A DNA stretch of 54,884 nt from a virus (IMGVR_UViG_3300020159_001695:1-54884), one strand, 5' to 3'. Positions 30,001-38,062 are shown, numbered from the stretch's first letter. Program-made: numbers and translations. The notes: generated by a model not told the origin, from the letters alone.

Positions 30001-31485
30001 AAAACCACCACCAATTACACTACAATCAGCGTTTGTTCCAACGCAGTTAGAATTACCAGCACCAATAAATGAATAACAACCATTTACTGTATTTAATTCA
30101 CCACCTACAATCGTTGATCTCCCAACATTACCAATCGTATTTTCCCTACCACCAACAATAGTTGAATAACGACCTGATGCTGTATTACATCTACCACCAC
30201 CAATAAAAGAGAATTCTTCATTATTTGTATTCAAAGTTCCGCCAACGATAATTGAACAATTCGCGTTAGTATCATTTGTATTACTATAACCTCCAGATAT
30301 TGTTGAATAAGAACCTAAAGATGCGTTGATACAACCACCTAATACAGAAGAACCGGTATTTTGAACTTGATTATTATTATTTATCCTTATTGTTGAACCA
30401 TTACCGCCATCCTCAATAACCTTAGTTGCTAAACCGGACGTTAAAGTACCTAAACAACTATTAGTATTACTTACAAATGTATTATATGCGGATGTTTCTA
30501 CTTTATTATTTATCCTTGTATTTGTTGTTGCCGTATATGCGGTAAATGTTAAGTAATCTACCTTAGAGTCAATTTGTGTTTTAGTTGTCGCTGTGTATGC
30601 GTAAAAACTTTGGGTAAATGCTGTCCCTAAATTACCTGAACTATTTACTGTTGCTGCGGTATAAGCCCAAAATGTAGTTTTATCTAATTTTTTATTATCT
30701 GTCGCTGCGGTATAACTAAAGAAATTAGTGTTATCAACCTTAGTTCCGATTAAAGTATTTGTATTTGAACTATATGAATTAAAATCACTTGTATTTAATT
30801 TAGTTCCGATTAAAGTATTTGTATTTGATGTATAAACTACAAATGTTTCTACACTTACATTATTACCTGTTATTATTGTATTGATATTTGTCCATTCTAA
30901 ACCATCACTACCTTTAGCTAAAACTTGCCCTGTGGTTCCGCTATTGCTAGTAAAATCTAATATATCGCCTTTAATTGATATATTTTCCACATATAAAGTA
31001 TTTTCAGTTGTTGCGGTTATATTTGAACCAATAATAAATGTATTATCTGCATTTGTATAGTTATTTTGTCCTCCTAAAATAGCTGAATAAGCCCCTTCAG
31101 TTGTGTTATTACAACCACCACCGATTATCGAATAAGCCTCATTTGCTATATTACAAGAACCACCTAAAATACCTGAATACTCCCTTAATGTTGTATTATT
31201 ATCACCACCACCGATTATTGAACAGCTACTTGATGTTTGATTATTCGTACCACCTAAAATACCTGAATTTGATCCGGATGAAATATTGTCTGTTCCACCA
31301 ACAATAGTATCAGCACATACTGTCCCTGTAAATTCACTAGTATTTGGACTAAATGATACTGGCAATGTATTCCCTAAACCATCACTTATTGTATGTGTGG
31401 TTGTTCCGGTGAATGATTCATTATTAAATAATTTTAATAATGAATTAAAGGTTTTATTTATAAAATTGTTATTTAAACTTGACAT
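27100..31485 (-). CDS. Long fibre-like virion protein
   Basis: Same IGGG..N repeats, repeated 20-aa F..Y(S/T)..T....KL units, Ser/Thr/Gly-rich C-terminal region. Confidence 0.75.
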   Translation of the reverse strand: MSSLNNNFINKTFNSLLKLFNNESFTGTTTHTISDGLGNTLPVSFSPNTSEFTGTVCADTIVGGTDNISSGSNSGILGGTNNQTSSSCSIIGGGDNNTTLREYSGILGGSCNIANEAYSIIGGGCNNTTEGAYSAILGGQNNYTNADNTFIIGSNITATTENTLYVENISIKGDILDFTSNSGTTGQVLAKGSDGLEWTNINTIITGNNVSVETFVVYTSNTNTLIGTKLNTSDFNSYSSNTNTLIGTKVDNTNFFSYTAATDNKKLDKTTFWAYTAATVNSSGNLGTAFTQSFYAYTATTKTQIDSKVDYLTFTAYTATTNTRINNKVETSAYNTFVSNTNSCLGTLTSGLATKVIEDGGNGSTIRINNNNQVQNTGSSVLGGCINASLGSYSTISGGYSNTNDTNANCSIIVGGTLNTNNEEFSFIGGGRCNTASGRYSTIVGGRENTIGNVGRSTIVGGELNTVNGCYSFIGAGNSNCVGTNADCSVIGGGFCNTILDGGSGVCLTSIGGGAYNKVCGNFSIVSGGFQNTASCQGGFIGGGTYNTLLGNCTVIGGGCNNTASGEYSTIVGGCNNKANCNYSNILGGSGNVADASNTFILGSNIATSTPDTTYVESLNINSALYDNGSSSGSAGNILSSTGTGTRWRSADNLISGSTSVTSKLSLTNFYTYTSGTNTLIGTKLNISDFSVYSSNTNTLIGTKLNTTDFNIYSSTTNTLIGTKYDKAGGIISGSVFIQGDLFITGTANTVNQQSITVSSPIIVLASGSTLPTLNAGLLINRATTGSTAFIYKEDVGEFQLGTTTALTITSVINFKDYGKLRLGELYTTNIYDYTNSSGLVDDVLFSKSNGVEWGNLNYKLNVSDFNSFLTNLYSYTSNTNTLIGTKLDTSTFNTFTNNFYSYSANTNDLINTKFDKSGGTITGSVNVVGNISGNTFYGIGGNTILGTPSDNSYSDGLLGLTSATTINNAVDQIDEILALLAPAKPPRLDASSWISPGYSLVRGSRDWPTGISGQTISNVIFNNARPLFRVTGATSGTNTGFWNGVSGTLSFSVNGTADGSKTLGGTVSTASINNGTDGGLTITDNDYYLNQTGKAGFWAAINATGRTSTSLPYNVFTSHTYSFTHSETGTLPTSFYIDNPGTPSVTTPVQSGSFTMTRYVSGVPSLATNNVININYTVNNAISKFYTNGTFATLTPNTVTNGTWGTVSPYLSSTFSIPPLSGASISLTNETITTSNNRYGETLTTTATGYNANGASGTSSALTLSNYRIDTVSNENRLRNAADGENPTLFPVTYTSPYTSSERIVGNVGNTSYNYELQLLNGSYQVPSGNYTSYGGYDYSSPGSDTRFVLLTGSPISSVNSVTIAFNGTSPTWGAAANGVTSGLTLNVRVSGTGWIDGNAAYPGSGSPSGNGDPAMVAAPASTATSKQITFGSTARSGTIYVRIGLPTGSDKKFTGITIS

Positions 31486-31505
31486 TTTCTTTGATTTTTA
31501 TTTAT

Positions 31506-32912
31506 TTATAATTCTTGCCTTACAAAAAACTGAGTTATTTCTTTATATTCCCTTATTTCTTGATTTGAACTTACCCTTATATCTAAATAGTACTTATTCG
31601 GTAATAACCAACTACTATCTAAAACAAAATAATTCATATTTGCGCTTCTATTAACGTCAGTCCAATCTTGAACAAGTATTTCATTTAACGGACCTTCTTT
31701 AACATATATTTTATATTGAACAAATTCAGTTAAAACAGGTACTTCATATACATAAGGCTCTCTTACACTTATTACCACTTTTCTTCTTTCACCTTTTCTT
31801 ACAACCTCATCCCTTTTCAAGCCATTAAAAGATAAACCATATTCTTTTGGTAAATACTCCGCAGTTCCTATTGAATAGTATTCATCACATTTAACCTCAA
31901 ACTCTAAACTGGCATCTGGTTTTCTTATACCATTTATTGATAAATTAGTCCATACGTCATTGAATAATACCGAATCATACGGATAAGTTTCAGGTATATA
32001 TAAACTCACATAATAAGCCCCAATAGTTTTTTGGGTTGCTGTAATTGCTGAAAATATATTACCACTTTCATTATATACCCTACAAAGAGGTAAAGTATCT
32101 AAGTTTTTAGGTGTTCCATTCTGATTAACATAAAGGAATAAATTATTCATCTTACCTTTATAAAAGAAGTTTCTATCATCTTGAATTAAATCATCGTAAT
32201 TTGTTTCTAAGAATGGTTGATAGAATGTTTGTGTATATTTAGAAAAGAAACCCACATATTGTAATGAAGCGTCAAATGTAGTTGCTGAATAAGGTATATT
32301 TTCCAATGATGTTGTAAATGCTAAACCATAACTCACACCACTAAATATTCTATTCTGTAATCTGTTATTTATTTCACTTGAAATGTCTAACTTCAAATCC
32401 TCATTACCCAAATCAAAATGTTGTGTCGCAACAATATTAGGTGTGCTATAAACACCAGGTGAATTCCAACTTGAATTAGTTTTATTATAATACCAATTTG
32501 AAGGTGTTTCCGTATAGGTAAAAGGTTCTCTAATTAAAGTTTCTGTCTTATAATCAGCATAATCATAACCAATACCTTGATCCCAAGTTTCACCACTTAT
32601 TTTAAATAAAATAAGGTCGAATGAATTACCTCTTGTTTTAGCACCAACAGCCTCACCGAATAATTCATCAAAAGACGAACAATTCTTTAAGTTTAATGTG
32701 TGCGTTGTTCCGTTTAATGTAGAAATTGTTTTACCTGTGTATAAGTTATATATATTTGTTAAATCAATATCAAAAATATACCTTGAAAAAGTCCTTGATT
32801 GATTTTGATCGAAACCATAATATAACTCAGCAATTGGATTTCTTGCCGTATTAACATAAGAATTTCTAACTAATGTATTGTTTTTACTAAAATATGTTCT
32901 ATATTTTCCCAT
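31506..32912 (-). CDS. Hypothetical structural protein
   Basis: 468 aa, Tyr/Phe-rich beta-type sequence; first gene of the fibre operon, with TATTTATA upstream. Confidence 0.7.
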   Translation of the reverse strand: MGKYRTYFSKNNTLVRNSYVNTARNPIAELYYGFDQNQSRTFSRYIFDIDLTNIYNLYTGKTISTLNGTTHTLNLKNCSSFDELFGEAVGAKTRGNSFDLILFKISGETWDQGIGYDYADYKTETLIREPFTYTETPSNWYYNKTNSSWNSPGVYSTPNIVATQHFDLGNEDLKLDISSEINNRLQNRIFSGVSYGLAFTTSLENIPYSATTFDASLQYVGFFSKYTQTFYQPFLETNYDDLIQDDRNFFYKGKMNNLFLYVNQNGTPKNLDTLPLCRVYNESGNIFSAITATQKTIGAYYVSLYIPETYPYDSVLFNDVWTNLSINGIRKPDASLEFEVKCDEYYSIGTAEYLPKEYGLSFNGLKRDEVVRKGERRKVVISVREPYVYEVPVLTEFVQYKIYVKEGPLNEILVQDWTDVNRSANMNYFVLDSSWLLPNKYYLDIRVSSNQEIREYKEITQFFVRQEL

Positions 32913-32922
32913 TTTTTTTATA

Positions 32923-32958
32923 TATAAATAGTTTCCTTTTCAATTATATATATTTATA
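32923..32958. promoter_or_regulatory. Divergent pair of TATTTATA motifs
   Basis: TATTTATA on minus (32930-32923) before ORF 32912 and on plus (32951-32958) before ORF 32979. Confidence 0.65.
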
Positions 32959-32978
32959 AGATATAGAAAATTAAAGAA

Positions 32979-33593
32979 ATGATAATATTTGGATTTTACA
33001 TACCGACACCAGTTATAGTATCGCTTTTAGGGATTATTAGCGGAGCTATTGGATACATAGTTAAAGTTTATATGGATAAACATAAAAACAACACTAAAAT
33101 TGAAAAAATAAAACGTAATATCACCAAATCTAAACAGATTGTTGGTAAGCTACAACAAATATTAGAAATCACAAATGCTGATAGAGTATCCATCACAGTT
33201 CTTCATAATGGAGGTGTTTTTTATAATAAGAAAGGACAAAAAGTTGAATTTACTAAAGGTAGTATGATTTATGAAGTTGTATCTTCAGGAATATCTATTG
33301 AAAATATGGATTTTAAGGATGTATTACTAACGCCATTCTCAGATCACTTTATGCCGTTCTTTGATGATAAAAGATATTCATTAGATACCAATGAAACAGA
33401 ACACCCTTCTACGTGGAAAAACTATCTTTTTAATAAAGGAATTAAACACGATTATGGTTTTGTTATTGAAAATATTGAAGGCTCAATATTTGGATTTGTT
33501 AGGGTTTCATTCATTAAAACAAGAAAGAAATTGAATGAAGAACAAATAGATGAAATTGAAAAATTATCTTATTTGGTTTCAGGGTATCTATAA
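32979..33593 (+). CDS. Membrane-anchored GAF-like protein, possible T4 T-type holin
   Basis: Single N-terminal TM helix followed by a soluble domain (ADRVSI..LHNGG...SMIYE...G.IFGFV.V.F). Confidence 0.5.
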   Translation: MIIFGFYIPTPVIVSLLGIISGAIGYIVKVYMDKHKNNTKIEKIKRNITKSKQIVGKLQQILEITNADRVSITVLHNGGVFYNKKGQKVEFTKGSMIYEVVSSGISIENMDFKDVLLTPFSDHFMPFFDDKRYSLDTNETEHPSTWKNYLFNKGIKHDYGFVIENIEGSIFGFVRVSFIKTRKKLNEEQIDEIEKLSYLVSGYL

Positions 33594-33620
33594 AAAAAAC
33601 CCAACATCTCTGTCGGGTTT
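33592..33620 (-). terminator. Terminator of the tmRNA transcript
   Basis: Minus strand aaacccgaca-gaga-tgttgggttt followed by a U run. Confidence 0.8.
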
Positions 33621-33703
33621 CTGAGGCGATCGAATCTTATCGCTCCACCAATCCATTTTCTAACATTTAAAGTTTGATAAAAAGGATAAAACCTCAACCT
33701 TTA

Positions 33704-33777
33704 TTAACATCTTAGCCAAATAATTAATTATTTGTTTCTACCAATTACCTCGTAGCGGTGTGTTAAAATCAATCGGC
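33704..33777 (-). ncRNA. HDV-like (theta-type) self-cleaving ribozyme at the tmRNA 3' end
   Basis: P1 GCCGAUU/AAUUGGU with G1-U wobble; P2 UUAACAC/G(A)UGUUAA; P3 ACC/GGU; L3 GCUACGA; P1.1 CU/AG; P4 CAAAUAA/UUAUUUG; J4/2 GCUAA with catalytic-position C at 33715. Confidence 0.85.
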
Positions 33778-34147
33778 TGGACTTTGGGGGATTCGAACCC
33801 CCGTTCCCGTAATTTGTAATCAATTAAATTATTTACAAGCTTAGGTTATTTTCTTACAACCAAATATCCCTCTTATTTTAACACCAATCAGGAAAATGTG
33901 TGATAGTTATTAACTACTCTACCAAAAGGGTTTGCTGTGTTTGGCTTAAAGCCAAATTCACTTAAGCTAACTCAAGTTCAGCTTCTTGAGTTTTGAAGCT
34001 CTTCATAAGTGAAGTTGGGAGGCTCATCATGTCCTCTGAATTGTAACCGTTGCCAGTTGATTTTTTTGCTTCAGTTTTTAAAGACTTAGTGCAGGTCTTG
34101 CTTGTTTAAAAGGCTCAAACATTACAGGTCAAAACCAGTAAAAGCCC
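33778..34147 (-). ncRNA. ssrA: tmRNA
   Basis: Acceptor stem GGGCUUU/AAAGUCC-A with G3-U70; 5' CUGGUUUUGAC; T arm GGGGG-UUCGAAU-CCCCC; helix 2 CCUGUAAU/AUUACGGG; tag frame 34054-33962; 370 nt; CCA not encoded. Confidence 0.93.
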
Positions 34148-34157
34148 ATATGTTATA

Positions 34158-34165
34158 CAAAGATA
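34158..34165 (-). promoter_or_regulatory. Bacteroidota -7 element for tmRNA, overlapping a TATTTAT motif
   Basis: Minus strand TATTTATCTTTG ending 10 nt before the mature 5' G. Confidence 0.6.
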
Positions 34166-34174
34166 AATATTATT

Positions 34175-34534
34175 TTATTTAATATCAACAACAATTTTAT
34201 CTTTTTTTGTTTTTTCTTTTGGAACTGAAACAGTTAAAATACCATTCTCCAATTTAGCTGTAATGGATTTTACACCATTAGGGAAATAAATTGTTCTATT
34301 AGATTTGATTTCCTGACCATTTCTTTTACCTTCAACTATCAATTGTTTCCCTTCAATAGTTACCGATAATTCTTCTTTCTTAAATCCAGGTAAGATATAT
34401 TCAATACCATAAGATTCTTCATCCTCAACCATATTTGTTTCAATAAAGTTTTTAGTTAAAACCTCAAAAGGTGTTCTAAAAAATAAACTGTTAAAAGTTT
34501 TTTCAATCCTTTCCAAATTTTTTAATGAATACAT
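34175..34534 (-). CDS. Small heat-shock protein (Hsp20/alpha-crystallin)
   Basis: LPGFKKEELSV......LIVEG and ITAKLENGILTVSVPK. Confidence 0.9.
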   Translation of the reverse strand: MYSLKNLERIEKTFNSLFFRTPFEVLTKNFIETNMVEDEESYGIEYILPGFKKEELSVTIEGKQLIVEGKRNGQEIKSNRTIYFPNGVKSITAKLENGILTVSVPKEKTKKDKIVVDIK

Positions 34535-34603
34535 TTCTTTATTTTGTTTAAGTTTAATTTATTATTAGTGTATATATAATAAATTAAACCCCATAAGTCA
34601 AAT

Positions 34604-34912
34604 ATGCTTTTAGAAACAACCAAAGAAAAAGATAAAATTACAAGTATCTATGAATCATCTAATATCTATAAATCAGTATATAAATTTTTAGATAATGATT
34701 TATTCATCACCTTCAATAATGGTAATATCTACAAATATTTAAATGTTGATATGCCCACATTCTTGAAATTACAAGAATCTGAAAGTATTGGTAAGTTTTT
34801 CTCTGCTAATATAAGAACAAAATTTGATTTTGAAAAAGTAGGGTCCGAAGACCCTAAAATTATTGTTGAAGATGTTAAAAGGTTAAAATCTAAATTAGGT
34901 TTTAGTTCCTAA
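34604..34912 (+). CDS. KTSC-domain protein
   Basis: SSNI....Y......L.ITFNNG.IYKY.NV....F..L...ESIGKFF..NIR. Confidence 0.85.
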   Translation: MLLETTKEKDKITSIYESSNIYKSVYKFLDNDLFITFNNGNIYKYLNVDMPTFLKLQESESIGKFFSANIRTKFDFEKVGSEDPKIIVEDVKRLKSKLGFSS

Positions 34913-35634
34913 GCCGTTAATCTCATAGATTCTGACGCTTTTTTACCACTCAACCCTGATGTGATATTCACACGATTTGCTGCTTCTTTACCTGAATTAA
35001 ATGCCGATCTATCCGATATTGTCATTCTTGAAGTCGATGTTTTTAACTTTAAAGAAGGATTGTTTTCTTTAAACATTTGTTCGGTAATTCCCATTTTGTT
35101 ATACAACACTAACCCAGATTCTTGTGCTTCGTTAGTGAGGTTATTTTTCATTTCACGGAGTCTTTGACTTAATCTGATAATCATACCTTTGTAAAAAGAA
35201 CCTCGAGCCACCTTACCGCCAATCATATCATACTCAGATGTTTTTTGGTATTTAGCGTATTCGTTATCCATTGCGTGTGATAGTAAATCAAATAAGTAAC
35301 CAGCGAACTCAATATCCTTTTTAGCTCCAAAGAAGTTATACACATATTTACCAATACGTTTGGTAAAATAAACTTTAGTGTCTGTAAAATAAGCGATTGA
35401 ACTAACTACATCGTGAATAGGTTTTTTAACCTTACCACTAATGTCAATTTGTTCGGTAATAAACTCTTGAGATTTAACCTCAACTTCTGTCATAGACAAA
35501 TCGTATTCTTGAAGAAGCCTTGAAATCATTTCAGCCGCTGTCATAGCCTCCGCTTCTGAACAACCATTAGCTGTGGTTTTTTCTTTTAAAAGATTGATTT
35601 TTTTGATGATTGATTCACGTTTTGTGTTAGTCAT
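34909..35634 (-). CDS. DUF2786-domain protein
   Basis: N-terminal IIKKI..L......G.SEAEA..A......LLQEY; C-terminal A...GK..A..V.I..G. Confidence 0.8.
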   Translation of the reverse strand: MTNTKRESIIKKINLLKEKTTANGCSEAEAMTAAEMISRLLQEYDLSMTEVEVKSQEFITEQIDISGKVKKPIHDVVSSIAYFTDTKVYFTKRIGKYVYNFFGAKKDIEFAGYLFDLLSHAMDNEYAKYQKTSEYDMIGGKVARGSFYKGMIIRLSQRLREMKNNLTNEAQESGLVLYNKMGITEQMFKENNPSLKLKTSTSRMTISDRSAFNSGKEAANRVNITSGLSGKKASESMRLTA

Positions 35635-35656
35635 ATATGTTTTGTTTATTGTGGAA

Positions 35657-35687
35657 CAAATATAATACTTTAAATCAAACCACCAAA
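35657..35687 (-). promoter_or_regulatory. Bacteroidota-type primary sigma promoter (-33/-7)
   Basis: TTTG (35687-35684), 19-nt spacer, TATATTTG (35664-35657). Confidence 0.7.
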
Positions 35688-35693
35688 CTTTTT

Positions 35694-36758
35694 TTAAAAT
35701 AATTTTAAAAAACTATATAATCTCTTGTAATACTGCTCTTTTTTGTAGTCAGGTTTAGTCATTAAAGCACATAGATGACAGAAGTAAAATAACTTATCAA
35801 TTAAAACTTCCCTATTTATAGGACCTCCAGGATACCTAAATTCTATATAGTTATATTTCTTTAATCTTGTTATATTAAATCCGTATAACTTAAAATAAGT
35901 GGGACTTTCATACCCCTCACTATCCAATAAATTTAATAGATATTCATTAAAATATTTTTCAACATCTTTTAAGTTTTGTTTATTAACAGTAAAAGTATCT
36001 TTTTCCTCACTAACCTTACCAAATACCAATCGTTTAAATGAGCCGGCGTATTTAGATTTAACCCTTTCTTCAATACCCTTAAAAACATAAGGAACTTTAT
36101 TTTTCGATGTTGAAGGGTCATCACTTAAAAATAACACCCCTTTAAGAACATTCCAATCCATTTTTTCTTTAAATCCAATATTGATGTGTAATCCTGTTTT
36201 TTCCGTGAATTTCCAATATGATTGATTATCAAAGTCATTGTAGAAATCATTTACCATATCTATTGATTCAGATACGGAATTCAAATAGGTTAGAGGTGAA
36301 AACTCAATACCCCTATCTAATGAAGAATCAACTTCAAATTTCATCTTATCCGACCATTTATCATAGAAATTAGGTAAATATTCTTTCACTTTCATTGATA
36401 AATAAGTTAAATTATCATTGGTATGTTCCATTGAAATTGCTCTTATTACGTCAATAATACGTTTTTCATTTCTATTACTATAATAAGATGGATTTAACAA
36501 CTCATCATATGTAAAATCTTCGTCATCCAATTCTATTTGATCGACTATATTATCAATAAAAGCGGGATTTGCTCTTTTATCATCCCTTAATTGATTATGA
36601 ACAGACGTTCTTATTTGTTCAATAGTTAATTCATCATCACTATCTTCAGGTTTATAAGAGTCATCAGTTTCCAATTCAAACTCAAAGGCGATTGTAAATT
36701 GATTATCTAATTCTTTTAAGACATCAATATCTTTTTTATTATATTCAGTTAAAATCAT
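35694..36758 (-). CDS. Putative amidoligase (COOH-NH2 ligase, GCS/GS fold)
   Basis: IAFEFELE, DSSL..GIEFSP, TGLHINIG, YIEFRYPGG motifs. Confidence 0.82.
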   Translation of the reverse strand: MILTEYNKKDIDVLKELDNQFTIAFEFELETDDSYKPEDSDDELTIEQIRTSVHNQLRDDKRANPAFIDNIVDQIELDDEDFTYDELLNPSYYSNRNEKRIIDVIRAISMEHTNDNLTYLSMKVKEYLPNFYDKWSDKMKFEVDSSLDRGIEFSPLTYLNSVSESIDMVNDFYNDFDNQSYWKFTEKTGLHINIGFKEKMDWNVLKGVLFLSDDPSTSKNKVPYVFKGIEERVKSKYAGSFKRLVFGKVSEEKDTFTVNKQNLKDVEKYFNEYLLNLLDSEGYESPTYFKLYGFNITRLKKYNYIEFRYPGGPINREVLIDKLFYFCHLCALMTKPDYKKEQYYKRLYSFLKLF

Positions 36759-36761
36759 ATA

Positions 36762-37922
36762 TTATATAAACATATCAGGATATTCATCAATCATAGAGAT
36801 TGTTATTCTTCTTTTGTTTGTGTCGGCATCTACATAATCAACACCAACCAATCTTTTAAGTTTTTCTTCTACTCTTAAATATTGTTCAGGTGTAATATCA
36901 CCAGCATATCTTGGACTATCTAACGATATTTTTATTTCGTAATACCCTTCATAGTCATCTTCATTGTGTTCGGCATATTTTACAAAGGATTCTTCATAAT
37001 CATCATAAACTAAACCAGCTTCCTCAATTATCTTTTTAATTTCTCTATGAATATCAGGAATTACTTTATATTCACTCACATCCTTAGATTCTTTCATTAA
37101 ACGTTCAATAACTATCTTTTTAACGTCTTTTGGGTTTGAAGTATCATAGATAACAAATGTCATATCAGGCTTTTCTTTCTTTAACGATTTCATAAACTCT
37201 TCCATTGCTTCCACATTTTTCTTATCGTCATCTGAAAAACCCACACTAATCTCTAACTTACCTTTAGATTTAGGATTCTTAATCCTTATATCTTTAGCAT
37301 CTAAAGATTTGGCAACACCCTCAATATAGTCAATAAAATCCCTTGATGCGATTTGTTTAGCCAATTCAGGTTCTTCAGCGCCAGCCATTGAACCGAATTG
37401 TTTTTGGAATTCAGGTGATGAAACAGGGTAATACCTTTGCTCACTCAAATATTTTTCAATTAAGTCATTAAATGGTAAATCACCATATAACTTTTTTAAA
37501 TTTCTTTTAAATACTATCTTCTCATCAGGGTTTAAAGCCGTATCGATAAAAGTCCTTACACCCCTTTTTAATGTCGCTGGTGCGTGTCCTCTTGCTGTGA
37601 TGATAGCAAAGTAGTTTGCATACTTTAAAGCCTCTTTAAACTTCTTAAAAGAAGGTGCTTGTTTATTATTCTCAATAGCTTTTTTAGTGTCTTGAATAAA
37701 CGCATCTTCACCTCTTTTACCATAATCCCTAAATTCTTCAAAGGCATCATTTCTTACTTCATATTTGGAATTATTTCTCAACTCAGCAAATTCACTGGTT
37801 GAAACATAAACCGGCTTATTACTCTTATACATTTTAATCTTTGTTGGTAGATTTAATATATTATCATCCCAATCAAATTTATATACTCTAAGTTTTCTAC
37901 CTTTTAATACCAATTTTTTCAT
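36762..37922 (-). CDS. HAD-superfamily phosphatase
   Basis: FDWDDNI (DxD), IITARGH, K, GFSDDD..NV; the motif layout resembles PNK-type phosphatase domains. Confidence 0.75.
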   Translation of the reverse strand: MKKLVLKGRKLRVYKFDWDDNILNLPTKIKMYKSNKPVYVSTSEFAELRNNSKYEVRNDAFEEFRDYGKRGEDAFIQDTKKAIENNKQAPSFKKFKEALKYANYFAIITARGHAPATLKRGVRTFIDTALNPDEKIVFKRNLKKLYGDLPFNDLIEKYLSEQRYYPVSSPEFQKQFGSMAGAEEPELAKQIASRDFIDYIEGVAKSLDAKDIRIKNPKSKGKLEISVGFSDDDKKNVEAMEEFMKSLKKEKPDMTFVIYDTSNPKDVKKIVIERLMKESKDVSEYKVIPDIHREIKKIIEEAGLVYDDYEESFVKYAEHNEDDYEGYYEIKISLDSPRYAGDITPEQYLRVEEKLKRLVGVDYVDADTNKRRITISMIDEYPDMFI

Positions 37923-38028
37923 ATTATATAAATATTACAATTTGTTAATTTTCTTCAAATATGGGGATTATTGATCGTATTAACAAATTTTATTTTTAAT
38001 AGTTTGATTTCTAATTAGTTAATAAAAC

Positions 38029-38062
38029 AAAAAAAGGTGAATAAACAAATATTCACCTTTTT
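38029..38062 (-). terminator. Terminator after the tail sheath gene
   Basis: aaaaggtgaata/tattcacctttt hairpin with flanking A/T runs. Confidence 0.8.

Noticed and set aside
26174-30468. Diversity-generating retroelement TR/VR pair
   Set aside because: Mismatches are not confined to adenines, both copies are internal coding sequence, and no reverse transcriptase is in the window.
33589-33656. Trp attenuator leader peptide (MDWWSDK...) or SAM-I riboswitch (TTATC...GGTGGAG)
   Set aside because: Only a convergent gene lies beyond the terminator, so nothing would be regulated; SAM-I P3/P4 and core motifs are missing.
33778-33802. Stand-alone tRNA suggested by the GGGGGTTCGAATCCCCC T arm
   Set aside because: The matching acceptor 5' strand lies about 370 nt upstream with a tag frame between, so this is the tmRNA tRNA-like domain.
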